A stretch of 32,000 bases of DNA, from positions 60,001-92,000 of the forward strand of contig JAQTTP010000002.1 of NCBI GenBank assembly GCA_028710695.1. The letters run 5' to 3'. Within the stretch, counting starts at the first letter, position 1. Every line of letters begins with the position of its first letter. The DNA comes from Candidatus Iainarchaeum sp. (GTDB lineage: Archaea > Iainarchaeota > Iainarchaeia > Iainarchaeales > 0-14-0-20-30-16). The notes beneath the pieces were generated by a model that was given only the letters and a program-made list of their open reading frames with translations, was not told the origin of the DNA and did not search any database. The translations under genes were made by a program, and so were the position numbers. Shown in pieces: positions 1 through 13,827 of the stretch.

Positions 1-780
1 ATCAATGTCACAAAAATTAAAATATTTTGCTACTTCTTTTTTCCAAAAATAAATATTTCTTTTTCTAATTCCATCAGGCTGTTGATAATTTCTAGGCCCT
101 AAATTCCTTACTTTTTTGTCTTTAAAATTATAATTTACTCCAGGCATTTCTGACAAAGAAGCATAATCTTTAGTCACAATTCCTTTTAATACATCTTCAC
201 CACGGTCAGTAACAGTTCCAACAAAAACAAAATCAAAACCCAGATCCAACAAATAGTCTTCATACCCTTCTACACCAGTTCCAGAAGCCAATAAAACAAT
301 TTTTTCGCCATATTTTGATTTTAGATATTTGCCCACTTTTCCAACTTCAGTTATTCTGCTTTCAAAAGGAGTAGTACACACAAATAAGTCTACAGAATCA
401 ACCAGTTCATCAAAGCTTTTTATTGACTCTATAGGAACACCAATGTTTCTGAGTTCTATGTTGGATTTGCCATACTCTATTTTTTTATATACTGGACCCA
501 AATATTTGTTTTTCCATGAAGACGATATAAATAAATTTCTTGGGACCGCAGAAAGATTCAATAATTTAGATTCTAATTTTATATTTCCCAAAGCACTTTG
601 TAATTGCCTTATAGCAGATAAAATAGAAGTAAATGGATAATTTATTTGCCCATCATAACTTAAGACTTTTCCATCCGAACCAATTAGTTCAAATAATTTT
701 GAATCCTTGGATGGAACAATCTTCAGCTGAATGTCTTGGGGCTTTATCCAGCAGATTTTTATCTTATCCAAATTTATCAC
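1..780 (-). CDS. Hypothetical protein, N-terminal part only (gene continues past window start); cobalamin-binding-like/Rossmann-like domain pattern
   Basis: Absent from the supplied ORF track. Translating the minus strand from 780 down to 1 gives 260 sense codons with no stop (VINLDKIKICWIKPQ...VDLFVCTTPFE...GEKIVLLASGTGVEGYEDYLLDLGFDFVFVG...MPGVNYNFKDKKV). GTG at 780-778 is the first possible start, 9 nt after the gyrB stop. The strand/helix spacing resembles the N-domain of B12-binding radical SAM enzymes, but no CxxxCxxC motif lies inside the window, so function is unproven. Confidence 0.5.
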   Translation of the reverse strand, partial: MINLDKIKICWIKPQDIQLKIVPSKDSKLFELIGSDGKVLSYDGQINYPFTSILSAIRQLQSALGNIKLESKLLNLSAVPRNLFISSSWKNKYLGPVYKKIEYGKSNIELRNIGVPIESIKSFDELVDSVDLFVCTTPFESRITEVGKVGKYLKSKYGEKIVLLASGTGVEGYEDYLLDLGFDFVFVGTVTDRGEDVLKGIVTKDYASLSEMPGVNYNFKDKKVRNLGPRNYQQPDGIRKRNIYFWKKEVAKYFNFCDID

Positions 781-789
781 AAAACAATT

Positions 790-5207
<4,418 letters not shown>

Positions 5208-5322
5208 AAATTATAGCTTAAAAACAGGCCATTTTCAACCTTATTTTGGTCTCTATATATAATATATAACATAAAGTATATAAATAGTCGGATTTTATGC
5301 TAATTTGGGGGGTGTTTTTTAG

Positions 5323-5916
5323 TTAAAAAAAGCTATAATCTTTTGAGTTTACTGTTTTCCCATACATTACTGGCCAGGTGTAATTTTTTAGTAATTTTTG
5401 TAAGTCTTGCCTCTTTTTAACGTCTGTTGTTTCTATTAAGTCTTTTAGCATAATAAGGTTGTACCCTTTAGTAAATGCAGAACTAATTGTTGCATTAACA
5501 CAACCATCCCCAAATACTCCCGCCATTATCAAAGTTCCAATCTTTTTCTGCTTTAGGTATTTATCTAATTCAGGGTTAGAAAAAGCGTCGTAAGTGTTCT
5601 TCTCAAAGATTCTATCTTTCTTTTTTGGCTTTAACAAATAGAATTCCTCTGCTTTCCCAGTTTTATCTTTAGAATAATAGCAAATTAGTGGATTTTTATA
5701 TAGTTCATTTAGATTATCTGGCAAGAATTCTTTTTTCCAGGGTTTAGTCTTTATGTAAATTACTTCTCCACGATATTTTTCTATAAATCTTTTTAGTTTT
5801 GGAACCATTTTCCGTATTTTTGAGAATGTAACTTTGTATTTCTGGATTTCATTCTCTTCTGCACAGCAAAAGTTAGTAACATCTATTACAAGTAAGGCAG
5901 TATTTTTTAGATCCAT
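5323..5916 (-). CDS. Isochorismatase-family cysteine hydrolase (nicotinamidase-like)
   Basis: ALLVIDVTNFCC near the N-terminus and MAGVFGDGCVNATISSAFTKGYNLIML, which carries the conserved catalytic Cys context G-x-C-V. Both are typical of the isochorismatase/PncA fold. Substrate unknown. Confidence 0.7.
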   Translation of the reverse strand: MDLKNTALLVIDVTNFCCAEENEIQKYKVTFSKIRKMVPKLKRFIEKYRGEVIYIKTKPWKKEFLPDNLNELYKNPLICYYSKDKTGKAEEFYLLKPKKKDRIFEKNTYDAFSNPELDKYLKQKKIGTLIMAGVFGDGCVNATISSAFTKGYNLIMLKDLIETTDVKKRQDLQKLLKNYTWPVMYGKTVNSKDYSFF

Positions 5917-5980
5917 AAGTAAAAAACAAGCCCTAGTTTTAAAAGCCTTTCTTATGCAAGAAATAACGAGAAGTTTATAT

Positions 5981-6011
5981 AAAAAAAGTAAATAAAAAAA
6001 AGAAGAAAAAA
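5981..6011 (-). terminator. Oligo-T tract downstream of hppA (archaeal-type terminator signal)
   Basis: Just past the hppA stop (6021-6019) the minus strand reads ...AATTTTTTCTTCTTTTTTTTATTTACTTTTTTT..., with T6, T8 and T7 runs. A TTTATATA box for the next gene (plus 5976-5983) follows directly. Confidence 0.4.
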
Positions 6012-6018
6012 TTAGGCT

Positions 6019-8001
6019 TCAAAGAAGCCCAAGTGTTATTGTTACAATTACTGATGCGAAGATTAGAGCAACTGTGCTTAGAACCTTGATTAAAGAGTTC
6101 AATGCTGGTCCTGCTGTGTCCTTAAATGGGTCACCAACTGTGTCACCAACAACTGCTGCCTTATGAACATCGCTTCCTTTTCCGCCATAAAGCCCTTTGC
6201 TCTCAATTGTCTTCTTAGCATTATCCCATGCCCCACCAGCAGTACACATCATAACTGCTAAAAGGAACCCTGATGCAATTGATCCTGCCAAAAGCCCACC
6301 AACAGCTTCAACTCCAAATAAGAAACCCACAACTATTGGGCTTAATACCGCTATCAAACCTGGAATCAAAAGCTCTCTTTGTGCTGCTTTTGTGCTAATA
6401 TCAACACATTTTGCATAATCTGGCTTTGCTTTACCAGACATAATTCCTTTTATCTCTCTGAACTGCCTTCTTACTTCTTCAACAATTTGCATTGCTGCCC
6501 TTCCAACTGCGTTCATTAAGAATGAGCTAAACACGAATGGCAATAAAGCACCAATGAATAATCCAATTGTTACTGCTGGATTCAATAGATTTATTGTTGT
6601 TATTCCAACTGCCTCTGCAAATGCAGTGAACAATACTAATGCACCCAAAGCCGCACCAGCAATAGCAAATCCTTTTGTTGTTGCTTTTGTTGTGTTTCCT
6701 GCAGAATCTAATGCGTCTGTTACTTTTCTTACTTTCTCGTTCATTCCGCTCATTTCTGCTATTCCGCCCGCGTTATCTGTTATTGGGCCGTAGGCATCAA
6801 GAGTGATTATCAAACTTGTAAATGAAAGCATTGCTACAGATGCTATTGCAATACCATAGAATCCGCCTAAAGCATAACTTACTGCAATTGCTACTACTAC
6901 AAGTAGCATAGGTAAAGCTGTGCTTGCAAATCCAAGACCTAAACCTCTAATTACATTTGTTCCAGCACCAGTTTTTGATGCTTCTGCAATGTCTTTTACT
7001 GGTTTATAGTTTCCGTCTGTGTAATATTCAGTTATTATTCCAATTAGCACAGTAGCTATTGCACCAACTACATATGCCCAGAATACGTTCATAGGTGATT
7101 TTGTTATAAAGAAGGTTGTTAAAAATGTTAAAACAATTCCTAAACCCACTGCAACAAATAACCCAAAGTACATCTGTTTTACAATTCTGTTTTCTTTTGT
7201 TAAATTTATGCACAAAATTCCAATAATGCTTGCAATTGTTGTTACTGCTGCAATTGTTAATGGTAAAAGAGCAAACTCGATTCCCATTGTTATTCCCAAT
7301 ATCATTGCTGCCAAGATAGTAACTACAAAACTCTCGAACAAGTCTGCAGCCATTCCAGCACAATCTCCAACATTGTCTCCAACATTGTCAGCAATTACTG
7401 CTGGATTTCTTGGATCATCTTCAGGTATTCCTGCTTCAACTTTTCCAACAATATCAGCACCAACATCTGCTGCCTTGGTGTAAATTCCTCCACCAACTCT
7501 GGCAAACAAACTCATTAGGCTTGCACCAAATCCAAACCCTAACATTACGTTGAAATTTCCAAATATCAAATATAGTACACTAATTCCTATAAGGCCCAAA
7601 CCCACTAAAGCCAATCCAGTAACTGCACCACTTCTTATTGCAATACGGCCTGCGCTTTTTAAGCCATTTTCTGCTGCTTGTGCAGTTCTTATATTTGCTC
7701 TAACAGATACATTCATTCCGATGTATCCTGCCAGTCCTGAGAAAAGCACACCAACTACAAAAGTGATGGCCATAGACCAGCTCAAGCAAAAGCCAATTAT
7801 AATTGCCAATATTACAACGAATATTGAAAGCGTTTTATACTGCCTATACAAGTATGCTATTGCACCGTCTTGTATTGCTTTTGCAATCTCAATCATTTTT
7901 TTGTTCCCTCTTGGCTGTTTCATAACCCACATGGTTAGTCCACCAGCAAAAAGTAGTGTCAAAACACCGATAATAATTCCTAACAAAATTGCAATTTGCA
8001 T
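6019..8001 (-). CDS. hppA: Membrane-integral H+-translocating pyrophosphatase (K+-independent signature)
   Basis: [70 protein letters not shown] and [10 protein letters not shown]. About 16 hydrophobic segments. GAGGTGA Shine-Dalgarno box directly upstream of the ATG. Confidence 0.95.
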   Translation of the reverse strand: MQIAILLGIIIGVLTLLFAGGLTMWVMKQPRGNKKMIEIAKAIQDGAIAYLYRQYKTLSIFVVILAIIIGFCLSWSMAITFVVGVLFSGLAGYIGMNVSVRANIRTAQAAENGLKSAGRIAIRSGAVTGLALVGLGLIGISVLYLIFGNFNVMLGFGFGASLMSLFARVGGGIYTKAADVGADIVGKVEAGIPEDDPRNPAVIADNVGDNVGDCAGMAADLFESFVVTILAAMILGITMGIEFALLPLTIAAVTTIASIIGILCINLTKENRIVKQMYFGLFVAVGLGIVLTFLTTFFITKSPMNVFWAYVVGAIATVLIGIITEYYTDGNYKPVKDIAEASKTGAGTNVIRGLGLGFASTALPMLLVVVAIAVSYALGGFYGIAIASVAMLSFTSLIITLDAYGPITDNAGGIAEMSGMNEKVRKVTDALDSAGNTTKATTKGFAIAGAALGALVLFTAFAEAVGITTINLLNPAVTIGLFIGALLPFVFSSFLMNAVGRAAMQIVEEVRRQFREIKGIMSGKAKPDYAKCVDISTKAAQRELLIPGLIAVLSPIVVGFLFGVEAVGGLLAGSIASGFLLAVMMCTAGGAWDNAKKTIESKGLYGGKGSDVHKAAVVGDTVGDPFKDTAGPALNSLIKVLSTVALIFASVIVTITLGLL

Positions 8002-8039
8002 TCATTCACCTCTCAGTTAAAAAAAGTCTAAAAATTCAC

Positions 8040-8082
8040 CTTATCTATTTTAATAATATAATATATTACGCAAAATATATAA
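8040..8082. promoter_or_regulatory. Divergent promoter spacer between hppA and trpS
   Basis: The 81-nt spacer is almost pure A/T with several TATA-like boxes (TTTTAATAATATAATATATTA, AAATATATAAA). The first block is centred about 25 nt before the trpS ATG, which suggests a leaderless or near-leaderless trpS mRNA. hppA retains a GAGGTGA SD. No TSS data. Confidence 0.35.
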
Positions 8083-9258
8083 ATGATGAGTAACAAAACA
8101 AAGTTACATAAATATATAAAGAATTATTCTAATATTATAAGTATGGTTAAAGATGGATTTGTGGTGACGCCTTGGGAAGTTCAAGGCAATATAGACTATT
8201 CTAAACTAATAAAAGAATTTGGGCTTGAAGAATTTAAGAAGATCCCAAAAGCTTTGCAAGATAATGTTCTTTTCAAAAGAAAATATATTTTCGCAAACAG
8301 AGATTTTTCAAGAATATCTGATTGTATTGAAAAGAAAAAGCCTTTTGTTATGATGACTGGTCTAATGCCTTCTGGAAATATGCATTTCGGCCACAAGCTA
8401 TTAGCAGACCAGATGATTCTTTATCAGAACTTAGGCGCAAAAGTTTACATTGCAGTTGCAGACACCGAAGCCTATAATTCAAGAAATACAAACATTGAAG
8501 AACTTAGAAAAATTGCTATTGACCAATATCTAATAAACTACATTGCTCTTGGATTAAAACCAAAGAATTGTGATTTCTATTTCCAATCCTCAAGAAGTAA
8601 GGACGGAAAAAAAGCGTCTGCTTATTACACATTAGCAAATCGATTAGCAAGGCATGCAACTTTTAATGAATTCAGAGCAGTTTATGGAGAAATTTCTCCT
8701 GGAAAGATGGCATCATCTTTATTACAAGCATCAGATATGCTCCATCCACAATTAAATGAATTTGAAGGTCCAATCCCAACAATTATCCCTGTTGGTTCTG
8801 ACCAGGACCCACACATAAGATTAGCAAGAGATATTTCTCAAAGAATTAAAACAAATAATTTTATCCAAATTTCTTCAACATATCACAGATTCTTGCCCGG
8901 ATTAAATGGCGGAAAGATGAGTTCTTCAGATCCAACAAGCCACATAGCATTAAGCGAGGATCCAGAGAATATTAAAAAGATAATTAACAAATATGCATTT
9001 AGTGGTGGACAACCAACTTTGGAAGAACACAGAAAGAAAGGCGGTAATCCAGACATAGACGTTTCTTACCAATACCTAACTTACATGGAAGAAGATGACA
9101 AAAAACTGGCAAAGATTTACAATGATTATAAATCAGGGGCTTTGCTTTCAGGGGAATTAAAAGCCCTTGCAATAGAAAAGATAAGTTCATTCTTAAAAGT
9201 ACATTCAAAAGAAAGAGAAAAAGCAAAGAAGCAAGTTGATAAGTTTTTAAAAAATTAA
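8083..9258 (+). CDS. trpS: Tryptophanyl-tRNA synthetase, archaeal/eukaryotic type
   Basis: N-terminal VTPWEVQG..IDYSKLIKEFG is characteristic of archaeal/eukaryotic TrpRS. Class I signature HFGH in GLMPSGNMHFGH. KMSSS loop in GGKMSSSDP. Confidence 0.88.
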   Translation: MMSNKTKLHKYIKNYSNIISMVKDGFVVTPWEVQGNIDYSKLIKEFGLEEFKKIPKALQDNVLFKRKYIFANRDFSRISDCIEKKKPFVMMTGLMPSGNMHFGHKLLADQMILYQNLGAKVYIAVADTEAYNSRNTNIEELRKIAIDQYLINYIALGLKPKNCDFYFQSSRSKDGKKASAYYTLANRLARHATFNEFRAVYGEISPGKMASSLLQASDMLHPQLNEFEGPIPTIIPVGSDQDPHIRLARDISQRIKTNNFIQISSTYHRFLPGLNGGKMSSSDPTSHIALSEDPENIKKIINKYAFSGGQPTLEEHRKKGGNPDIDVSYQYLTYMEEDDKKLAKIYNDYKSGALLSGELKALAIEKISSFLKVHSKEREKAKKQVDKFLKN

Positions 9259-9318
9259 AAATGAAGACAAGAAAAATTAAGAGTTAATATTTATATTATC
9301 ATAGGATATATTTTTCTT

Positions 9319-10482
9319 ATGATTTTTGAAATATTAGTTGCAATCTCAGGAATAGTTACTGTTTATTCCTTAATAAATTCATTGGTAAACTTAAGAATAA
9401 CATCAGAAATATATCGACTACCAAAAACAAAAGAGAGACCTTTAGTTTCTATTCTTGTTCCAGCAAGAAATGAAGAAGCCAATATTGCAAAATGTGTTCA
9501 ATCTTTATTAGATCAAAATTATTCTAATTTTGAAATTGTTGTTTTAAATGATAATTCCACAGACAAAACTGGAGAAATCTTAGACGGGTTAAAAAAGAAA
9601 AATAAAAACTTAAAAGTAATTTCAGGAAAGCCATTACCAAAAGGTTGGCTTGGAAAGAATTGGGCTTGTCACCAACTATCTGAAAATGCAGTTGGAGATT
9701 ATTATTTATTCACAGATGCAGACACGATCCACACAACAGATATGCTTATTTCTGTAGTATCTGCTGCAAAAAATAAAGATCTAGAATTCATTTCTATGTT
9801 ACCAAAATATCCGCTAGGATCGTGGTTTGAAAAAGTTATTCTTCCGTTTATTTCATTTTTCTATTTTATACTTTCGCCATTATATGTTGGTCAGAAATAC
9901 AAGCAAGAATATCTTTCTTTAGCTATTGGCCAGTTTTTGTTTTTCTCAAAAAAAGCATATGATCAAATTGGAGGATATAGCAGAATAAGAGCAGAATTTT
10001 TAGATGATACCTCTTTTGTAAGGATAACCAGCACTTTAGGGCTTAATTGGAGATTTTATAATGGTTCAAGATTAGTATCTTGTAGATTGTACCACAACTT
10101 CAAAGAAGTATTCCACGGATTCACAAAGAATGCATATGGTTTTTTCAATGCGCACCTTTTTGTGTATATAGTCATGGTTGCATTCTTACTTACAATATTC
10201 TTTTCACCTTTAGCAGTAATAATTGCTTTTATTTTAGGAAAAGTTGGTTTTTTAGTTTACATTCTTGCAGTACTTATTATTGTAATGAACATATACATTT
10301 TCTCTATTGTACTATACAAAGTAAAAATTAGGCCATATTATTCAGTATACTATTTATTCTCTATTTTTTGTTGGCTAATTATTACCTTTTTTTCAGTACA
10401 CAGATATATTTGTGTTTTCAATAAAGGAATTGGGAGAAATGTTTATGATCACCAAAAAGGCATAAAATCATCATCAAATTAG
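9319..10482 (+). CDS. Family 2 glycosyltransferase with C-terminal transmembrane domain
   Basis: N-terminal TM helix, then SILVPARNEEANIAKCVQSLLDQNYSNFEIVVLNDNSTDKT and FTDADT (DxD-type). Several C-terminal hydrophobic helices. Acceptor unknown. Confidence 0.85.
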   Translation: MIFEILVAISGIVTVYSLINSLVNLRITSEIYRLPKTKERPLVSILVPARNEEANIAKCVQSLLDQNYSNFEIVVLNDNSTDKTGEILDGLKKKNKNLKVISGKPLPKGWLGKNWACHQLSENAVGDYYLFTDADTIHTTDMLISVVSAAKNKDLEFISMLPKYPLGSWFEKVILPFISFFYFILSPLYVGQKYKQEYLSLAIGQFLFFSKKAYDQIGGYSRIRAEFLDDTSFVRITSTLGLNWRFYNGSRLVSCRLYHNFKEVFHGFTKNAYGFFNAHLFVYIVMVAFLLTIFFSPLAVIIAFILGKVGFLVYILAVLIIVMNIYIFSIVLYKVKIRPYYSVYYLFSIFCWLIITFFSVHRYICVFNKGIGRNVYDHQKGIKSSSN

Positions 10483-10563
10483 CCTTTTCTTTTTTATTAA
10501 ACCATGCAAATAATTAAATACAAAAAGTGCCTATCTATTTATGGATAAAAAATAGTGATATTT

Positions 10564-11664
10564 ATGATGAAAGGACCGTCTAAAGGATTAAGAAGAGCTG
10601 TTGTTGCTGGAGCAGGACTTGCTGCACTTGGACCTGGTTTAGGCCATGCAGAAGCAAAACCCCACCATTTTGAGCCAACAAAACATGAGTTTAGAATGGG
10701 ACACGAGGAAAGAAGAGAGACTGCCAGCGATTTTGCAACTCCAGAAGAAATTGGGAGAGAAAAATTCAGAATTGGTCTAGAACATGCAAAGAAAGCAGGC
10801 CAAGATAAGGTAGAAAAAGGCATTGAAGAGAGAACTTTACACTTATTAAAAAAAGTTGAACGTGGAGAACTAACGCAAAAAGAAGCTCAAGAAATTGCAA
10901 GTAGAATAAATGCAGAATTAAAAGAAATTGACCCTTCAGGACAAACAAGGATTGTATCTGGGCCCGAACTTAAAAAGATGGGTTTAGTTGAAGATGCAGC
11001 ATCAATTCCAATGGGGCTTTGGAGTTTAATAATGGGCGCAGCAAAAAACTTGAACAATCATTATGTCCTAGTTCCACTTACGGAGCTTATTATTCTTTAT
11101 TCATACTTACAAGTTGCAAGAAATGCAAGAAGAAGAGGATTTTTCAAAGGCATTATTGAAAACGACCCAAATAGAGCGCATTTAGGAGACATAAGAGGAT
11201 TATCAAAGATAGAACAATTTGGAGTTCTTCCACTTATGGGCTTATATTTTGCAAACCACTATACAGCAGGAATAATTTTAGGACTAATTGCAAACCCCGC
11301 AATAAGAGCAAAGGTTGCTGGTTTGATTAGAGATTTTAATAACAGGGGCGGCAAAGGCAGAGGAGGATTCAGTTCTCCAGGTACTCCAGATCCGAGAAAC
11401 CCAGATAAAAGAGTTCTTAATACAGGAAGACCAGTTGCGGGATTAAAGGATAACTCCGGAAGAAGCCCAACAAGACGCTCGGCAGCACCAAGAACAGACA
11501 GCAGAGAAGGCTTAGGAGATAAAGCAGCAAGATTCATTTATTCTGGAGACAAAGAAGAGCCAACTGCTGCAGACTTAAGAGACGATTGGCACGACAGAGT
11601 GGCAAATACTATAGATAGAATGACTGGATTTAAACCTGGCAACAAAAGACGTGGAAGAAGTTAA
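10564..11664 (+). CDS. Hypothetical membrane-associated protein with twin-arginine-like signal and Arg/Gly/Pro-rich disordered tail
   Basis: Longest ORF in a 1.1-kb gap. The track start at 10555 is a GTG, so I use the first ATG. KGLRRAVVAGAGLAALGPGLGHA-EA looks like an RR signal peptide. Three hydrophobic segments occur mid-protein. The C-terminal ~100 aa are rich in R/G/P/S. Markedly GC-richer than its neighbours. No family recognised. Confidence 0.6.
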   Translation: MMKGPSKGLRRAVVAGAGLAALGPGLGHAEAKPHHFEPTKHEFRMGHEERRETASDFATPEEIGREKFRIGLEHAKKAGQDKVEKGIEERTLHLLKKVERGELTQKEAQEIASRINAELKEIDPSGQTRIVSGPELKKMGLVEDAASIPMGLWSLIMGAAKNLNNHYVLVPLTELIILYSYLQVARNARRRGFFKGIIENDPNRAHLGDIRGLSKIEQFGVLPLMGLYFANHYTAGIILGLIANPAIRAKVAGLIRDFNNRGGKGRGGFSSPGTPDPRNPDKRVLNTGRPVAGLKDNSGRSPTRRSAAPRTDSREGLGDKAARFIYSGDKEEPTAADLRDDWHDRVANTIDRMTGFKPGNKRRGRS

Positions 11665-12110
11665 TTATTTTCTTTTCGCTCCCAAGGGAATACAATCCAA
11701 CCCTTGTTTTCTTTTATATAAAAATCAGGATATTTTTTACAATGCTCTTTATTAACAAAATAAACTGCTACTTTTACATCTTTTACTTTATATTCACTAA
11801 AAAGCAGATTTTTTATCCATTCAATAGTTACTCCGCTATCAACTAAATCATCAACAAGCAAAACATTCTCGCCTTCCAAATTAATCTGCGGCTTAGAAAT
11901 TATTTGTAAAGTACATCGCTTCTTGTCACAATAAGACTTTGCACAAAACAAGCCAACTTTTTTTATTTTAAGAATTTTACTAAGAAGAGTAGTTGGAATC
12001 AAACCGCCAGAAGCAATTCCAATAATAGCATCACACTTATAATTAGAATTTTTTACTTTCTCTGCCAACTCTTCTGAATATTTTTCTATTTTGTTCCAAG
12101 TAATGTTCAT
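11661..12110 (-). CDS. gpt: Xanthine-guanine phosphoribosyltransferase-like purine PRTase
   Basis: Collinear with E. coli Gpt as I recall it: ITWNKIEKYSEELAEKV, IIGIASGGLIPTTLLSKIL, PRPP loop VLLVDDLVDSGVT, and C-terminal WIVFPWE. Starts 5 nt after the stop of the 432-aa HerA-like gene. Confidence 0.78.
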   Translation of the reverse strand: MNITWNKIEKYSEELAEKVKNSNYKCDAIIGIASGGLIPTTLLSKILKIKKVGLFCAKSYCDKKRCTLQIISKPQINLEGENVLLVDDLVDSGVTIEWIKNLLFSEYKVKDVKVAVYFVNKEHCKKYPDFYIKENKGWIVFPWERKENN

Positions 12111-12115
12111 TAAAA

Positions 12116-13414
12116 TTATTTCTTAAATGCACTTGCGGTTTTACCTGCATCCCAAGTTGTTCTTGGCCTTATCTTTACAAGCCACAATTTCTCAGAATTA
12201 TCGTCCAATATTAATGCATAACCTTTTGCTCTAGGCATTCTTCCAAAATATTTGTCCATATCTTCATACAAATAACTTGGCCTCAAAGCAGCAACAGCAT
12301 CAATATCTGGCTTTGCAGTCATTCTCATACTAATGAAAAGATCACACTGCGAGATTGCATCAGGATGTAATTTCTCAGGCCTCTGTGTAGCCAATAATAG
12401 ACTTAATCCTGGTTGTCTTCCAACTCTTACCCATTCTAATAAAACATCCAATGCCATACTCGGCCTATCCTTAGGCATGAACATGTGGGCTTCATCAATA
12501 AGCATCCAAATCATTGGAAGATCATTTTTCTTTTCGCCCTCGCTAATTAAGGTTATTTCTTCTTTTTTTCTTTCAAGCATTCTTTCTTCATATAATCTTT
12601 TTCCAATTAATGCAACAATGATCTCTCTTATGTTCTCCATTCCCAAAACTTGGCCGTAAGTAGAAACATCAATTATATTTATTGTTCCAGGCTTTGCCAT
12701 CTCTCTAACGCTAGTTCCATTCTTTGAAAATATACCCCAAGATTCTGCAACATCAAATCTATTCTTCAAACTTATCTTTGTATCTTTGTCATAATCTGGC
12801 AACAAATCAATTGTTGATTTTAGTTCTTTAATTCCATAATAAGTTCCAAAAGTATCTTTTGCTTTTTCAACTACGTCCAATAATAGCGCAGATTCTTTGT
12901 CGTTCCAGCCCAACTTAAACATTGAGAACCATTCCATTGGATCTAAGTCTGCAGTTTTTATTGTAAAAGCACCATCTACTGGCATCTTGTTTTTCTGATA
13001 AAATTCTAATTTGCCTTCCGGAACCATAACTCTTAGGTTTTCCATTCCTTCTGGCTCCAAACCCCATTCTCTTATAGAAGATTCTTCTTCTTTATTAGCT
13101 AATTTCATACTCCAAAAGATCCCAACAGTATCAATTACAAAAATAGACATTCTGTTTCTCACATCTACAGGTAGTTTTGTAAACCCTTCCATAAAAACAG
13201 ACATTGTGTAGGACTTTCCTCCACCCCTCTTACCACAAATAAGAACAACGTGCGGAGCAGCAAGGTCAACTAGAACTTTTCTTCCCAAAACTGGGCTTTC
13301 TCCAGAACTCATTACAACCTTTGCAAGGAATCCTGTTCCTTTTGCCCCATATTTTGTTATATCCTTTTCAGGACGGCCAACAATAATATCATCACTAGCA
13401 AGCTCAAATGACAT
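12116..13414 (-). CDS. HerA/FtsK-superfamily P-loop ATPase (DUF87-like), short paralog
   Basis: Walker A LICGKRGGGKSYT, Walker B WMLIDEAHMF, and LLLATQRP. Full-length collinear similarity to residues ~130-560 of the 890-aa protein at 16073-18745. Own TATA-like box (CTTTATATATTA) in the 13415-13511 spacer. Confidence 0.8.
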   Translation of the reverse strand: MSFELASDDIIVGRPEKDITKYGAKGTGFLAKVVMSSGESPVLGRKVLVDLAAPHVVLICGKRGGGKSYTMSVFMEGFTKLPVDVRNRMSIFVIDTVGIFWSMKLANKEEESSIREWGLEPEGMENLRVMVPEGKLEFYQKNKMPVDGAFTIKTADLDPMEWFSMFKLGWNDKESALLLDVVEKAKDTFGTYYGIKELKSTIDLLPDYDKDTKISLKNRFDVAESWGIFSKNGTSVREMAKPGTINIIDVSTYGQVLGMENIREIIVALIGKRLYEERMLERKKEEITLISEGEKKNDLPMIWMLIDEAHMFMPKDRPSMALDVLLEWVRVGRQPGLSLLLATQRPEKLHPDAISQCDLFISMRMTAKPDIDAVAALRPSYLYEDMDKYFGRMPRAKGYALILDDNSEKLWLVKIRPRTTWDAGKTASAFKK

Positions 13415-13486
13415 AAATATCCCTTAATATCACACAAAAGTCTATGTATATAAGTAGAAATAATATATAAAGATTAGGTTATTTGT

Positions 13487-13511
13487 AAAAAAGAAAAAGA
13501 GAAAAAGGGGG
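13487..13511 (-). terminator. Oligo-T tract after the Sm gene
   Basis: After the Sm stop the minus strand reads CCCCCTTTTTCTCTTTTTCTTTTTT. Confidence 0.4.
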
Positions 13512-13736
13512 TTAAGGAGTGATCATTATTAAAGAGTCCCCTCTTAACATTGCTTTTCCGTATTTTACTTTTACGCTGTTGTCTTCTTCTAATGATTCTG
13601 CATCATCTAATACAACATTCATGTGTACATCAAAGGCAACTAATTTACCCCTGATCTTTACATTTCCTTTCATTAAAACTAATACTGGTTTTCCGATCCA
13701 ACTATTCAAGTGGTCGAAAGGTCTATCTTCTGCCAT
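13512..13736 (-). CDS. Archaeal Sm-like (LSm/SmAP) RNA-binding protein
   Basis: 74 aa. Sm1-like KPVLVLMKGNVKIRGKLVAFDVHMNVVLDDAE and Sm2-like MLRGDSLIMI. GGAGGA SD 7 nt upstream. Confidence 0.88.
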   Translation of the reverse strand: MAEDRPFDHLNSWIGKPVLVLMKGNVKIRGKLVAFDVHMNVVLDDAESLEEDNSVKVKYGKAMLRGDSLIMITP

Positions 13737-13751
13737 TTTAATTCCTCCAAA

Positions 13752-13781
13752 CTACCTTCCAAAAAGCCTTTTTAGCCAAGA
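13752..13781 (-). repeat. Orphan duplicate of the minD 3' end (would encode SWLKRLFGR-stop)
   Basis: Ungapped alignment with 13828-13857 matches at 24 of 29 compared positions (hand alignment). Differences are TTA to CTA (synonymous Leu), TCA to GGA (Ser to Gly) and TGA to TAG (stop to stop). A TAA lies 13 codons upstream in that frame and there is no start codon. Confidence 0.7.
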
Positions 13782-13827
13782 AAGCTTTTTGCGTTAAGCA
13801 AAAAGTTTCAGGGTTCTAAAGCTTTTT

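Noticed and set aside
329-640. 103-aa plus-strand ORF from the track
   Set aside because: It lies antisense to an uninterrupted 260-codon minus-strand frame (780 to 1) that gives a far more protein-like sequence and sits in operon position after gyrB. Treated as a shadow ORF.
6197-8020. Plus-strand ORFs and the 111-aa minus-strand alternative-frame ORF (7028-7363) within hppA
   Set aside because: All overlap the well-supported pyrophosphatase frame. Their compositions (Ala/Pro/Thr-rich, or Cys/Asn-rich) mirror the hppA codons.
10539-11537. Minus-strand ORFs (94, 60 and 92 aa) antisense to the 369-aa gene
   Set aside because: The elevated GC of this gene depletes stop codons in the antisense frames. 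The sense ORF is much longer and has signal and TM features.
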